Assembly (NCBI GenBank): GCA_022510385.1
Contig: JAFLTQ010000015.1
Location: forward strand, 1,451 to 65,450
DNA from: Muribaculaceae bacterium
Lineage (GTDB): Bacteria > Bacteroidota > Bacteroidia > Bacteroidales > Muribaculaceae
Length of the DNA stretch: 64,000 nucleotides
Reading direction: 5' to 3'
Below the pieces are notes generated by a model that was given only the letters and a program-made list of their open reading frames with translations, made no database searches and was not told the DNA's origin. Made by a program: the position numbers and the translations under genes. Shown piece after piece: positions 46,394-55,978 of the stretch. Position 1 is the first letter of the stretch. Each line of letters opens with the position of its first letter.

Positions 46394-46418
46394 GAACCTT
46401 TTTTATAACACTCTCGTT
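46394..46418 (+). promoter_or_regulatory. Candidate ECF-sigma promoter for the PepSY-like gene
   Basis: AAC (46395-46397), N17, CGT (46415-46417); no TAnnTTTG box noticed near the start. Confidence 0.45.
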
Positions 46419-46472
46419 ATAGTTTTATAATTAATCAATTTATTAATCAAAAACAATTAAAAACAAACGGTT

Positions 46473-46940
46473 ATGAAAAAGTTATTAAAAGTTTTAGGTC
46501 TTGCGTTAGTACTCGTACTTGGTTCATCAGTTGCAATGGCAGAAAGAGTCCCGATGCCGGTTGACAAAATGCCTGCTCAAGTGCAAACATTCTTAAATGA
46601 TTATTATCCCGGTGCAACTGTTGCAAAATCATGGGCTAAAATGATGCGCCCCACTACAGAACCAATGTGGTATCGTGTGAATCTTGATAACGGCACAAAA
46701 CTTTGGTTTGACCTCACAGGTAACTGGTATCAGGTAGATGCAAAAAAATCTTCAGTTCCTGCTTCTATTGACCTCCTTCCGAACGATGCTCGTAAAACTA
46801 TCACTGATCAGTTCGCAGGTGCTACCGTTAAAAGTATCAAGTTTAAGAAAGACCAATATAAAATTACTCTTTCAGACGGACAGAAACTCAAATTTGAAAA
46901 GGGTTACGGTTTGAAAGTCAAGAAAGCTAAGAAAAACTAA
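46473..46940 (+). CDS. Secreted PepSY-like (BLIP-like) repeat protein
   Basis: Signal peptide (..SSVAMA); two repeats of the P..V..F...YYPGA.V / Y.V.LDNG..L.FD..G.W pattern. Confidence 0.85.
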   Translation: MKKLLKVLGLALVLVLGSSVAMAERVPMPVDKMPAQVQTFLNDYYPGATVAKSWAKMMRPTTEPMWYRVNLDNGTKLWFDLTGNWYQVDAKKSSVPASIDLLPNDARKTITDQFAGATVKSIKFKKDQYKITLSDGQKLKFEKGYGLKVKKAKKN

Positions 46941-46963
46941 TAAATCTTTTATATATTTCTCAT

Positions 46964-46998
46964 AAAAAAGAAATTCCTTCGGGGATTTCTTTTTTTTA
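46964..46998. terminator. Intrinsic terminator with C(UUCG)G tetraloop
   Basis: AAAAAAGAAATTCC-TTCG-GGGATTTCTTTTTTTT. Confidence 0.9.
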
Positions 46999-47076
46999 TC
47001 ACTTTTCTCGCAAAAAAATTAAATCATAAGCTAACTGAATCTTACGAAATCTCTAAATTTGTAGAAACTTCCCCGG

Positions 47077-47988
47077 ATGGCGCGTGAATTAAAAAATATA
47101 GAAAAACTCATAGAGGATTTTGAGGCACATCTTTTGTTAGAAAAGGGATTGTCTTCCAACACTAATCTCTCTTATTGTAATGATGTGAGGCATTTAGCAG
47201 AATTTATGCGTCAGAATGGGTTAAGTGTTGAGACACTAAAGAATGAACATCTCCATCGGTTTCTATCCCTTGTCCATGATCTCGGAATCTCTCCTCGCTC
47301 TCAGGCGAGAATGATATCAGGCATAAAATCCTTCTTAAATTTTCTGATTCTTGAGGGGTATATTGAAGATAATCCGTGTGATCTTATTGAAATGCCACGA
47401 CTCACGCGGGAACTGCCTGATGTCTTGAGCATAGAAGAAATAGATGCAATGATAGCTGCAATCCCCTCAGACAAAGAAGAAAGCTTGCGAAATCATACAA
47501 TTATTGAAATGCTTTACGGTTCCGGGTTACGAGTGTCGGAACTTGTGGATTCACGACTTTCGCGCCTTGACCTCAAAGAGAGACTATTGATTGTGGAGGG
47601 GAAAGGAAGTAAGCAACGAATTGTGCCAATCTCTCCTATAGCTGCTGATTTATTGCCCGAATGGCTGCAACAGCGTCAACATCTGAAAATATCAAATAAG
47701 GGTCAAGATATTATATTTTTAAATCGGCGCGGTAATCCTTTAACCCGCGTTATGATTTTCTATATTGTGAAAAATCTGGCTGAAATGGCAGGGGTGAAAA
47801 AGAATGTCAGCCCTCATACATTGCGTCATTCTTTCGCCACTCATCTGCTTGAAGGGGGAGCAAATCTGAGAGCTATTCAGGAGATGCTCGGACATGAATC
47901 GATAGCTACAACTGAATTATATCTACATCTCGATCGGGGCAGATTAAGAAGAGAGCTAATAGACCATCATCCCCATTATTCATCCTGA
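47077..47988 (+). CDS. xerD: Chromosomal tyrosine recombinase XerD
   Basis: LYGSGLRVSEL, GKGSKQR and SPHTLRHSFATHLLEGGANLRAIQEMLGH.SI.TTELY (R-K-H-R-H-Y intact). Confidence 0.85.
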   Translation: MARELKNIEKLIEDFEAHLLLEKGLSSNTNLSYCNDVRHLAEFMRQNGLSVETLKNEHLHRFLSLVHDLGISPRSQARMISGIKSFLNFLILEGYIEDNPCDLIEMPRLTRELPDVLSIEEIDAMIAAIPSDKEESLRNHTIIEMLYGSGLRVSELVDSRLSRLDLKERLLIVEGKGSKQRIVPISPIAADLLPEWLQQRQHLKISNKGQDIIFLNRRGNPLTRVMIFYIVKNLAEMAGVKKNVSPHTLRHSFATHLLEGGANLRAIQEMLGHESIATTELYLHLDRGRLRRELIDHHPHYSS

Positions 47989-48010
47989 TAAATATAGAGA
48001 AAAGCCTAAT

Positions 48011-48059
48011 AAAGCAAAACAGCCGATATCCTAAAAGGATACCGGCTCGTTTTTGCTTT
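48011..48059. terminator. Bidirectional terminator between xerD and the small lipoprotein
   Basis: AAAGCAAAAC AGCCG..TATCC TAAAA GGATA..CGGCT..GTTTTTGCTTT. Confidence 0.8.
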
Positions 48060-48094
48060 TTGTCTTTTTCTCTTTTTTACGGCTGATTAATTGC

Positions 48095-48310
48095 TTATTG
48101 GCCTTGAACTTCTTGAGCTGCAACTGCTACAATAGTGTCAACCTGTTGTGAGTCAGTACCAGCATTTAAAGTGTCAACAGCAGCAACTGCATCAACAACT
48201 GCCTCTTCTGCAGGAGCTTCTTCCTGAGCTTCTTCAGCAGCCTTGTGACCGCCACAGCTTACCAGCGCTACGCTGAAAAGAACTGCAAGTGAAAGAAATA
48301 CTTTTTTCAT
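48095..48310 (-). CDS. Small Ala/Glu-rich lipoprotein (71 aa)
   Basis: MKKVFLSLAVLFSVALVS-CGG lipobox; highly biased codon use. Confidence 0.85.
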   Translation of the reverse strand: MKKVFLSLAVLFSVALVSCGGHKAAEEAQEEAPAEEAVVDAVAAVDTLNAGTDSQQVDTIVAVAAQEVQGQ

Positions 48311-48564
48311 CTCTTTTTAAATTAAAATAATAAAACAATTTTTCGCTATCAAAAACTCTGCAAATTTACAACTTATTTTTTGTTTCCAAATCATTTCATA
48401 AATTTTTTTTGCTATAAAACATATTTTTATGCACTTTTAACAGTAAAATGTTAAATAATTGCTTGTAATCTATCTATTTTTAACATTTGTGCTCTCGCTC
48501 TTTTTTCTTTTATTGATTCTATTTCTTATTTCTTTTCATTATTTTTGCCATTATTTCATTAATT

Positions 48565-49446
48565 ATGGACAGATATAGAAAAGTTTTACAAGAGAGTCAG
48601 GTGCCGGTCAATCCGGAATCTATCAAAAAGGAGCTTGAAAAAATAGTAGAGAAGCTTCCCGAGTATAGGAAGAGTGAAGTCTATGCAAAAATTTTTAACT
48701 GTATAGATCTCACTACGTTAAACACAACCGACAGCCAGGATAGCGTCACAGGTTTTATCCAAAGGGTAAATGATTTCGATAATGAGTATCCACAATTTCC
48801 TAATGTGGCTGCCATATGTGTATTCAGTAATTTTGCCGGCCTTGTAAGATCCGTGCTTGAAGTCTCCGGGGTCAAGATAGCTGTTGTGGCCGGTGGATTC
48901 CCTTCAGGGCAAACATTTACTGCAGTTAAGGTTGCAGATACTGCCCTTGCAGTCGCCGAAGGTGCCGATGAGGTAGATGTTGTTATGAATCTCGGTATGT
49001 TAAAGGATGGCAACTACGAGGAATTATGTGATGAGCTTATTGAAGTGAAACATGCGGCCAAAGATGCCTACATGAAGGTCATAATCGAATCGGGAGCATT
49101 AAAAGAACCGCAACAAATCCGGGATGCAAGTATTTTGGCAATGTATAGCGAAGCCGACTTTATAAAGACATCAACCGGCAAAGGTTATGATGGGGCTTCT
49201 CCCGAAGCGGCTTTAGTAATGTGTAAGGCAATACAGGAATATTACGAAAAGACAGGACGCAAGGTAGGGTTTAAGGCTGCCGGTGGCGTCAGATCGGCAG
49301 AAGATGCTATCCTTTATTATGCTATTGTCAAGGAAGTGCTCGGTGAAGAATGGTTAAATAATGAGTTCTTCCGAATCGGGGCAAGCAGCCTTGCAAATGC
49401 AATTTTTGCTAAAATGATAGATGAAGAGGAAGTGAAGTATTTCTAA
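48565..49446 (+). CDS. deoC: Deoxyribose-phosphate aldolase
   Basis: IDLTTL, AAICV, GFPSGQ, GADEVD, KVIIESG, FIKTSTGK, GFKAAGGV and FRIGASSL. Confidence 0.96.
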   Translation: MDRYRKVLQESQVPVNPESIKKELEKIVEKLPEYRKSEVYAKIFNCIDLTTLNTTDSQDSVTGFIQRVNDFDNEYPQFPNVAAICVFSNFAGLVRSVLEVSGVKIAVVAGGFPSGQTFTAVKVADTALAVAEGADEVDVVMNLGMLKDGNYEELCDELIEVKHAAKDAYMKVIIESGALKEPQQIRDASILAMYSEADFIKTSTGKGYDGASPEAALVMCKAIQEYYEKTGRKVGFKAAGGVRSAEDAILYYAIVKEVLGEEWLNNEFFRIGASSLANAIFAKMIDEEEVKYF

Positions 49447-49460
49447 ACGACCTTCCCGGC

Positions 49461-49988
49461 TTATAACCAGGGATACTCTATATCAAGGCTTTCGAGCATT
49501 AATAGGAATTTATCCTTTGGAATCTTTTTGAATGACTCAAAATACTCGGGATTAAGATTAAAGCCTGCCTGCGCTTCGTTTATTATCTTCCCGATTAATT
49601 GAGTGATGTCTTGCGTAGATTCAGCGGATTCAATATCTACCTTTTCCACCCAACACCAGGTGAGAGATTCCGACGTCATCTCCACAATCTCATAGACATT
49701 CAAAGAATGGCCGGCTGTCATGTAAATCACGAGGTTATACCCGGGTTCATAATAATAGACATCACGATCCCATAAGCCGATTGATTCTCCATCTTGATAT
49801 TCAATCTTTAAATTATAGACTGAATTATTGGTGGAAAACTCCAGATAGGTCGTCTCATCGGGCGACCAGACACCGAGAATATCTTCAGGCATTCTGATTT
49901 CATCCTCTTTATTGCATGATATGAAGAGGAGCGAAGAAATAAAAATCAAAGAAGAAAGATTAAAGAGAATGGTGCGCATGGGTCTCAT
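49461..49988 (-). CDS. Hypothetical lipoprotein (lipocalin-like beta fold, tentative)
   Basis: ..LLFIS-CNKEDE lipobox; ILGVW motif typical of lipocalin-like domains. Confidence 0.7.
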   Translation of the reverse strand: MRPMRTILFNLSSLIFISSLLFISCNKEDEIRMPEDILGVWSPDETTYLEFSTNNSVYNLKIEYQDGESIGLWDRDVYYYEPGYNLVIYMTAGHSLNVYEIVEMTSESLTWCWVEKVDIESAESTQDITQLIGKIINEAQAGFNLNPEYFESFKKIPKDKFLLMLESLDIEYPWL

Positions 49989-50051
49989 TTGGAAATTGTT
50001 TGAATGAGGTTTCCGGATTCGGGATTTATAATTATTGGCTATTTAATAATT

Positions 50052-50081
50052 AAGGGTGCAACCCTAATAGGGCGCACCCTT
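50052..50081 (-). terminator. Hairpin after fabF
   Basis: AAGGGTGC...CCCT-AAT-AGGG...GCACCCTT. Confidence 0.6.
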
Positions 50082-50106
50082 TATTTTTAGAGTCTGTGGT
50101 CTGTGA

Positions 50107-51372
50107 TTATTCTTTATATTTCTTGAAGATAATTGCTGCGTTGTGACCTCCAAAACCGAATGTGTTTGAAAGTACAGCATTGATATCGCGTTTTTGAGCC
50201 TTATTGAATGTGAAGTTAAGGTTATAATCAATTTCAGGATCGTTATCACCCTCTTCATGATTGATAGTGGGAGGCACGATTCCTTCAGCTAAAGCCTTAA
50301 CACTCAAAACAGCCTCTGCAGCTCCGGCAGCCCCCAGAAGGTGGCCAGTCATAGATTTTGTGGAGCTTAGATTCATATCGTAGGCATGCTTGCCAAACAC
50401 TTTCTTAATAGCCTTTTCTTCAGAGATATCTCCAAGAGGTGTTGATGTGCCGTGAAGGTTGATATAGTCGATTTCCTCCGGTTTCATGCCGGCATCCTTA
50501 AGAGCGTTTTCCATCACAAGGACAGCACCGAGTCCTTCGGGATGAGTGGCTGTGATATGATGAGCGTCAGCGCTCATGCCGCCCCCTGCCACTTCAGCAT
50601 AAATATGCGCACCACGGGCTTTGGCATGTTCAAGCTCCTCAAGCACGAGGGCTGCAGCTCCTTCTCCCATTACGAAACCGTCGCGACTTCCGGAGAAAGG
50701 ACGTGAAGCGCTCTTGGGATCCTCATTTCTTGTGGAGAGAGCTTTCATAGAATTGAAGCCACCTACTCCGGCGGGGAATATTGCTGCTTCGGCTCCTCCG
50801 GCCACAATTGCATCTGCCTGTCCCAGTCTGACGAGATTGAAAGCATCAATCAACGCTGTGTTTGATGAAGCGCATGCAGAAACTGTGCCATAATTCGGAC
50901 CTCTGAACTCATGTTCGATGGAAATATGACCGGCTGCGATATCGGATATCATTTTTGGAATGAAATATGGGTTGAATTTCGGACCCTGTTCCTTTCCGTT
51001 GACTGCGTAATATCCGGCTTCTTCTTCGAAGGTGTGAAGACCTCCGATTCCGGCAGCCAAAATCACGCCGATCCTGTTTTTATCAACATCTTCATTGTCA
51101 AGCTTTGCATCATCGATGGCTTGATTTGCAGCCACAAGGGCATACATAGCATATAAGTCGAGGGTGCGTGCCTGCTTACGGTCAAAAAACTGCGACGGGT
51201 CGAAGTCTTTTATTTCACACGCAAACTGCGTTTTGAATTTTGAACAGTCAAAATGGGTGATCGGGCCTGCTCCGCTGACGCCTTCAACTGCATTTTTCCA
51301 TGTGGTCTCGACATCATTGCCAAGCGGGGTGAGTGCTCCAAGCCCCGTCACTACAACTCTTTTTAATTCCAT
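50107..51372 (-). CDS. fabF: Beta-ketoacyl-ACP synthase II
   Basis: RVVVTGLG, VSACASS, PFSGSRDGFVMGEGA, NLHGTSTPLGD, KSMTGHLLGAAG and NTFGFGGHN. Confidence 0.98.
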   Translation of the reverse strand: MELKRVVVTGLGALTPLGNDVETTWKNAVEGVSGAGPITHFDCSKFKTQFACEIKDFDPSQFFDRKQARTLDLYAMYALVAANQAIDDAKLDNEDVDKNRIGVILAAGIGGLHTFEEEAGYYAVNGKEQGPKFNPYFIPKMISDIAAGHISIEHEFRGPNYGTVSACASSNTALIDAFNLVRLGQADAIVAGGAEAAIFPAGVGGFNSMKALSTRNEDPKSASRPFSGSRDGFVMGEGAAALVLEELEHAKARGAHIYAEVAGGGMSADAHHITATHPEGLGAVLVMENALKDAGMKPEEIDYINLHGTSTPLGDISEEKAIKKVFGKHAYDMNLSSTKSMTGHLLGAAGAAEAVLSVKALAEGIVPPTINHEEGDNDPEIDYNLNFTFNKAQKRDINAVLSNTFGFGGHNAAIIFKKYKE

Positions 51373-51499
51373 TATAAACCGATAGACCGGTATTCCCGGT
51401 GTTCTTTTAACCCTTGTCAGGGCTGATTATTTGTTTTTTATAATTAAAGGCAACCCAATCTTTTAAAATTGTGGCTGCCTATTCTCTTTGAGGCCTTGA

Positions 51500-51736
51500 T
51501 TAGCCAAGGTGCTCTTCGATATATTTTACTGCGTCGCCTACTGTAGTGATCTTCTCTGCTTCCTCATCCGGAATAGTGATTCCAAATTCTTTTTCGAATT
51601 CCATGATGAGCTCTACTTGGTCGAGTGAATCTGCTCCGAGGTCTTTGCTGAATTCAGCTGTTGGGGTTACTTCGTTTTCATCTACTGTGAGTTTGTCTAC
51701 GATGATCGATTTCACTCTTTCTTCGATATTGTTCAT
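51500..51736 (-). CDS. acpP: Acyl carrier protein
   Basis: [20 protein letters not shown]. Confidence 0.98.
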   Translation of the reverse strand: MNNIEERVKSIIVDKLTVDENEVTPTAEFSKDLGADSLDQVELIMEFEKEFGITIPDEEAEKITTVGDAVKYIEEHLG

Positions 51737-51939
51737 AGTTACTGTTATTTATGTTTATTTTTTTTAATTGTCCCCTTATTTTCCGGTGCAAAGTAATATA
51801 AAAAAAATCAATTGATAAAATATTTCCTTAAAAATTACACAAAAAACAGCAGAATGTGCATTTTTATCCCCTCTTAATGTCTCTTTTTTACTTAAATTTG
51901 CTTACTGATTAAAACTTGATTTAGGAAATTTTCTCTAAT

Positions 51940-53187
51940 ATGATTTTATTGCCTCCTTCCAAGAGCATTGCTGCGCGATATCTTGTGGCATCTTTTTTCT
52001 CCGGCACATTGCCGGGCGATCCCCTTTTTGAGGATAATGATGATTTGATGGTATTGCAATCTGCTCTTTTAGAAGTTTATTCTGATGAAGAGCCTATTGA
52101 TTACGGAGATTCTCCGATTGACTGTGGGGAATCGGGCACCGCTTTGAGATTTCTGACTGCGGTTTGTGCTTCCTCACCCGGGGCCGACTATGTTATCACA
52201 GGCTCTCCACGTCTAATGCAGAGGCCTATGCTACCCTTGTTGAAGGTCTTAAGAGAGGTGGGGGCACACATTGAAACCCTTGGCGATAATGAAACAGGAC
52301 CTTATCGGGTGGGGGGCAACAGGTTAAAGGGAGGAAACTTCTCAATACGTGGCGATATAAGCTCTCAATTTATTTCTGCCCTTATGCTTGCTGCTCCATA
52401 TTGGCAGGAGGGGATGAACCTCTCTTTCTCGACTCCCTTGGTGTCGCAGCCTTATATCAACATGACCGCTCGTTTGATGGAATCTTTCAAGGCTAAGGTG
52501 AAACTGACAGATTCATTCGTTGAAGTTAAACCGGGGAAATATGAAGTGGCTAAGGATTTTAAGGTGGAAGCAGACTGGAGTTCGGCCGCTTTCTTCATGG
52601 AAGCATGTGCTTTATCCGGCTCACCTTTGGAGATTGAAAAATTGACCCCGCCGGATTCCTCCCTTCAAGGGGATTCGGCAGCTGCCGGAATTTTCAGCAA
52701 AATAGGGGTTGTTACATCTTTTGATGATGACGCGACTCGTTTGAAATATGACCCTTCCATAGCGTTAAGAGAGGTGGAAATTGATTTTAAGGAGACTCCG
52801 GATCTGGTGCTCCCGGTAGCCGTAGGATGTCTTTTGACAGGAGTAAAATTCCGGTTCACTAATGTAGCTCATCTAAGGTTTAAAGAGTCTGACAGGATTT
52901 TATCGCTGGTTAACGAGTCTGCAAAAATTGGCTTTGTAATCAAAAGTGATGACAATACTTTGGAGTGGCAGGGAGAAAGGGTAGAACCGCAGAAGAGTCC
53001 TCTAATAAAGACGTACGACGACCATAGGGTAGCAATGGCTTTTGCTATGACAGTTTTCAAAACCGGAGAAATAAGAATCGAACACCCGGAAGTGGTTGAA
53101 AAATCTTTCATTGACTTCTGGAATCAATTGGCAAAATTAGGCGTTTCCCTTCATCAAGAGGGTGAAATCATGATAGTCAAAAAATGA
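51940..53187 (+). CDS. aroA: 3-phosphoshikimate 1-carboxyvinyltransferase (EPSP synthase)
   Basis: PPSKSI, DCGESGTALRFL, SSQFISALM, DWSSAAF, KESDRI and YDDHRVAMAF. Confidence 0.93.
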   Translation: MILLPPSKSIAARYLVASFFSGTLPGDPLFEDNDDLMVLQSALLEVYSDEEPIDYGDSPIDCGESGTALRFLTAVCASSPGADYVITGSPRLMQRPMLPLLKVLREVGAHIETLGDNETGPYRVGGNRLKGGNFSIRGDISSQFISALMLAAPYWQEGMNLSFSTPLVSQPYINMTARLMESFKAKVKLTDSFVEVKPGKYEVAKDFKVEADWSSAAFFMEACALSGSPLEIEKLTPPDSSLQGDSAAAGIFSKIGVVTSFDDDATRLKYDPSIALREVEIDFKETPDLVLPVAVGCLLTGVKFRFTNVAHLRFKESDRILSLVNESAKIGFVIKSDDNTLEWQGERVEPQKSPLIKTYDDHRVAMAFAMTVFKTGEIRIEHPEVVEKSFIDFWNQLAKLGVSLHQEGEIMIVKK

Positions 53188-53660
53188 CAGGTGCTCTTCT
53201 CATATTGGCAGTCACTGTGGTTGCAGGCCTCCTGCTCTATATCACCGATGTGAAATATTTCCGACATCATCATTCCCCGGATAGTCAGCCGAATGTTGAT
53301 CAAGCAAGTATTGATCAAGGGAGTATTAGCCAAACGACTGTAAACCCTACCTTGTCAGGAAAGAAGGAACCGGAAGTTTGTTGCGGTTTACATTTAGTAT
53401 GCGAGAAAACTTCTCTGGTGGTTACAGATAATGAAATTCTCTATTATGATGATGAGGAGCTCGACAGATTTGCAGGCCGTCAGGCCGAGAGTTACTCTGC
53501 TGATGAAACTGAAGAATTTCGGGATGTTTTGATGACCCTCTTGCCACAGGATATCCCCGGATGGGCAAAAAGCATGAATCTTCGACAAATTGAGTTGCCT
53601 ACCGAAGTGAAGGATGAGCTTCTTATGCTTATAGAAGACCTACGCAATCAATCTGCTTAA
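53184..53660 (+). CDS. Membrane-anchored hypothetical protein with CCGxHxxCE and YYDDEELD motifs
   Basis: N-terminal TM helix; ATGA overlap with the aroA stop. Confidence 0.8.
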   Translation: MTGALLILAVTVVAGLLLYITDVKYFRHHHSPDSQPNVDQASIDQGSISQTTVNPTLSGKKEPEVCCGLHLVCEKTSLVVTDNEILYYDDEELDRFAGRQAESYSADETEEFRDVLMTLLPQDIPGWAKSMNLRQIELPTEVKDELLMLIEDLRNQSA

Positions 53661-53692
53661 AAGAAAAGGGGAGACTTTTTACAGTCACCCCT
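53661..53692 (-). terminator. Intrinsic terminator for the galM transcript (possibly bidirectional)
   Basis: Minus strand AGGGGTGAC-TGTAAAAA-GTCTCCCCT followed by TTTCTTTT. Confidence 0.7.
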
Positions 53693-53724
53693 CAACATCT
53701 CAATTATTTAATATTGATTATCTT

Positions 53725-54771
53725 TCAGGCTATTCCAAAGGCAAAGCGAATAGTTTCCTGATACGGTTCGCCCGGTTTAAGCTCTTGGGACGGGAATTGA
53801 GGTTTATTCGGAGCATCGGGAAAACCTTGCATCTCTATAGCCACGCCGTCGTAGTCGTTATAAGATTTGCCGCTCTTGTTGAGAGGACACCCGCTCAACC
53901 AATTACCAGTATAGATCTGAACTCCGGGCTGAGTAGAACTTATAGTCAGGATTCTTCCCGAGGATGGAGCTTCAAGCACTACCGCATCCTCTATTAATTT
54001 CCCCTTCTGCCATTCGTCAATAACCCAGCAATGGTCATATCCTTTCCCTATCTTGAGGGGTTCAAAATCTGCATTGATATCCTTACCGATCTCCTTTGGT
54101 TCTAAGAAATCCATAGGAGTTCCCTCAACCGGGGCAAATTCTCCCGTCGGAATCTGAGTTGAATCGGTGGGTAGATATTTGTGGGCCTTCAATTGCAATT
54201 TATGCTTCAAAACGCTTCCTGAATCTGCACCCTCAAGATTGAAATAGGCATGGTTTGTAAGATTTACAACTGTCTTTGCGTCGGTTTCCCCTTTCAAGGT
54301 CAAAGTCAAGACATTATCATCACTCCATGTATATTCGGCCGTAACCGTCAAATTCCCCGGATAGTTCTCTTCGCCATCTTTCGCTCTATATATGAATCTT
54401 ACTCCGTTAGGAATTAGGGATGCCTCCCAGATATGGTTCTGGAAACCGGTAGGTCCTCCGTGAAGGGCGTTTGGGCCGTTGTTTATATTGAGCTGATAAC
54501 TTTTCCCATCAATCTCAAGATGCCCCTTGGCTATTCTGTTGGCATATCTTCCGGGTATCTTTCCCATGCAGGGTCCGTCAGCCATATAATCAGCAGGGTT
54601 GGCATAACCTAAAGCCACTTCTCCTAATTTCCCTGTCTTATCAGGCACAATCACTGAAGTTATGCCGGCTCCCAAGCTTGAAACTTCCACGGAAGCCCCT
54701 CCTTTATTCTCAATCCGGAAGAGACTTATAGTCCCTTCCGGTGAGTTTACAGTTGTTTGTGTTATTTTCAT
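53725..54771 (-). CDS. galM: Cytoplasmic aldose 1-epimerase
   Basis: GRYANRI, ALHGG, NLTNHAYFNL, GYDHCW and AIEMQGFPDAPN; no signal peptide. Confidence 0.93.
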   Translation of the reverse strand: MKITQTTVNSPEGTISLFRIENKGGASVEVSSLGAGITSVIVPDKTGKLGEVALGYANPADYMADGPCMGKIPGRYANRIAKGHLEIDGKSYQLNINNGPNALHGGPTGFQNHIWEASLIPNGVRFIYRAKDGEENYPGNLTVTAEYTWSDDNVLTLTLKGETDAKTVVNLTNHAYFNLEGADSGSVLKHKLQLKAHKYLPTDSTQIPTGEFAPVEGTPMDFLEPKEIGKDINADFEPLKIGKGYDHCWVIDEWQKGKLIEDAVVLEAPSSGRILTISSTQPGVQIYTGNWLSGCPLNKSGKSYNDYDGVAIEMQGFPDAPNKPQFPSQELKPGEPYQETIRFAFGIA

Positions 54772-55928
54772 TTCTTACCTTCTTTAACAAGACGAGCCCC
54801 GTCAGAAATCACTACATCGTAAATCATTGGCTCATGCCCATATTTCTCTTTGAATTTCTCGGTGACACTCTTTACAAATTTATCGTGAAGATCATTCTTG
54901 AGAAGGTTGATGGTGCAACCACCGAAGCCACCGCCCATTATACGAGAACCGGTCACTCCCAATTCTTTGGCAAGATCGTTGAGATAGTCGAGCTCTTCGC
55001 AGCTAACCTCATAATCTTTTGAAAGGCCCTCATGTGTCTCATACATCTTTTTGCCGACTGTGTCGTAATCCCCGGCATTAAGGGCATCGCAAACAGCAAG
55101 CACTCTGTCTTTTTCTTCGATCACATATTTTGCACGCATGAAGTCTTCAGCGGTTATGTCACTCTTCACCTTATTGAGATCATCCATTGTGGCATCACGC
55201 AATGTCTCTATTCCAAGGCGTTTGGCAACTCGTTCACATGATTCCCTGCGTTTGTTGTAGGGTGAATCCTTCAGTTCATGTTTTACTCTTGAATCAACAA
55301 GAACAAGTTGATAATCTTTCGGCTTGAATGGGAAGTATTCATGTTCCAACGACCGGCAGTCAAGTCTCATAAGGTTACCCTCTTTACCAAATACCGAGGC
55401 AAATTGATCCATAATACCGCAGTTCACTCCGCAATAGTTATGTTCGGTGCTTTGTCCTATTTTTGCCAGCTCGAATTTATCGATCTTGTTACCATTGAAG
55501 AGATCATTGAGGGCAAATGCAAAACATGATTCAAGAGCTGCCGAAGAGCTGAGGCCTGCTCCCAATGGAACATTCCCGGCGAATACTGCGTCGAATCCTT
55601 TAACCTCTCCTCCTCTTTTGAGGATTTCTCTACAAATTCCGAAGATATAACGTGCCCATGACTCCTTTGGAGCATCCTCTTCGTTGAGTCCGAATTCTAC
55701 ATATTCTTTTATATCTATAGAATATACGCGAACCTTGTCTGTGCCGTTAGGCCTTATATCGGCCATTATAACCTTGTCGATTGCACCCGGAAATACAAAT
55801 CCGCCGTTATAATCAGTGTGCTCCCCGATCAAATTGATACGTCCTGCGGAAGCGTATACGTTACCTTCTCCTCCGAATTTCTCTGCGAAGGTCTGCTCAA
55901 TTAATTTTTGCATGTCATCTGTTGTCAT
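54768..55928 (-). CDS. galK: Galactokinase
   Basis: GRINLIGEHTDYN, PLGAGLSSSAALE, CGIMDQF and GSRIMGGGFGGC. Confidence 0.98.
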   Translation of the reverse strand: MTTDDMQKLIEQTFAEKFGGEGNVYASAGRINLIGEHTDYNGGFVFPGAIDKVIMADIRPNGTDKVRVYSIDIKEYVEFGLNEEDAPKESWARYIFGICREILKRGGEVKGFDAVFAGNVPLGAGLSSSAALESCFAFALNDLFNGNKIDKFELAKIGQSTEHNYCGVNCGIMDQFASVFGKEGNLMRLDCRSLEHEYFPFKPKDYQLVLVDSRVKHELKDSPYNKRRESCERVAKRLGIETLRDATMDDLNKVKSDITAEDFMRAKYVIEEKDRVLAVCDALNAGDYDTVGKKMYETHEGLSKDYEVSCEELDYLNDLAKELGVTGSRIMGGGFGGCTINLLKNDLHDKFVKSVTEKFKEKYGHEPMIYDVVISDGARLVKEGKK

Positions 55929-55950
55929 GTCTTTCCTAATTTAAAGTTTT

Positions 55951-55978
55951 TAATTTCTAATTCTTAATTCGTAATTCA
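55951..55978 (+). repeat. Heptamer tandem array at the GH2/galK junction
   Basis: TAATTTC TAATTCT TAATTCG TAATTCA. Confidence 0.8.

Noticed and set aside
47077-47988. Tyrosine recombinase as the integrase of a mobile element or promoter invertase
   Set aside because: Size and motifs fit housekeeping XerD; no att-like repeats, tRNA, cargo or invertible-repeat pair noticed nearby
51372-51500. Multiple hairpins between acpP and fabF
   Set aside because: Consistent with an ordinary attenuating terminator or stabiliser giving more ACP than FabF; no riboswitch consensus recognised
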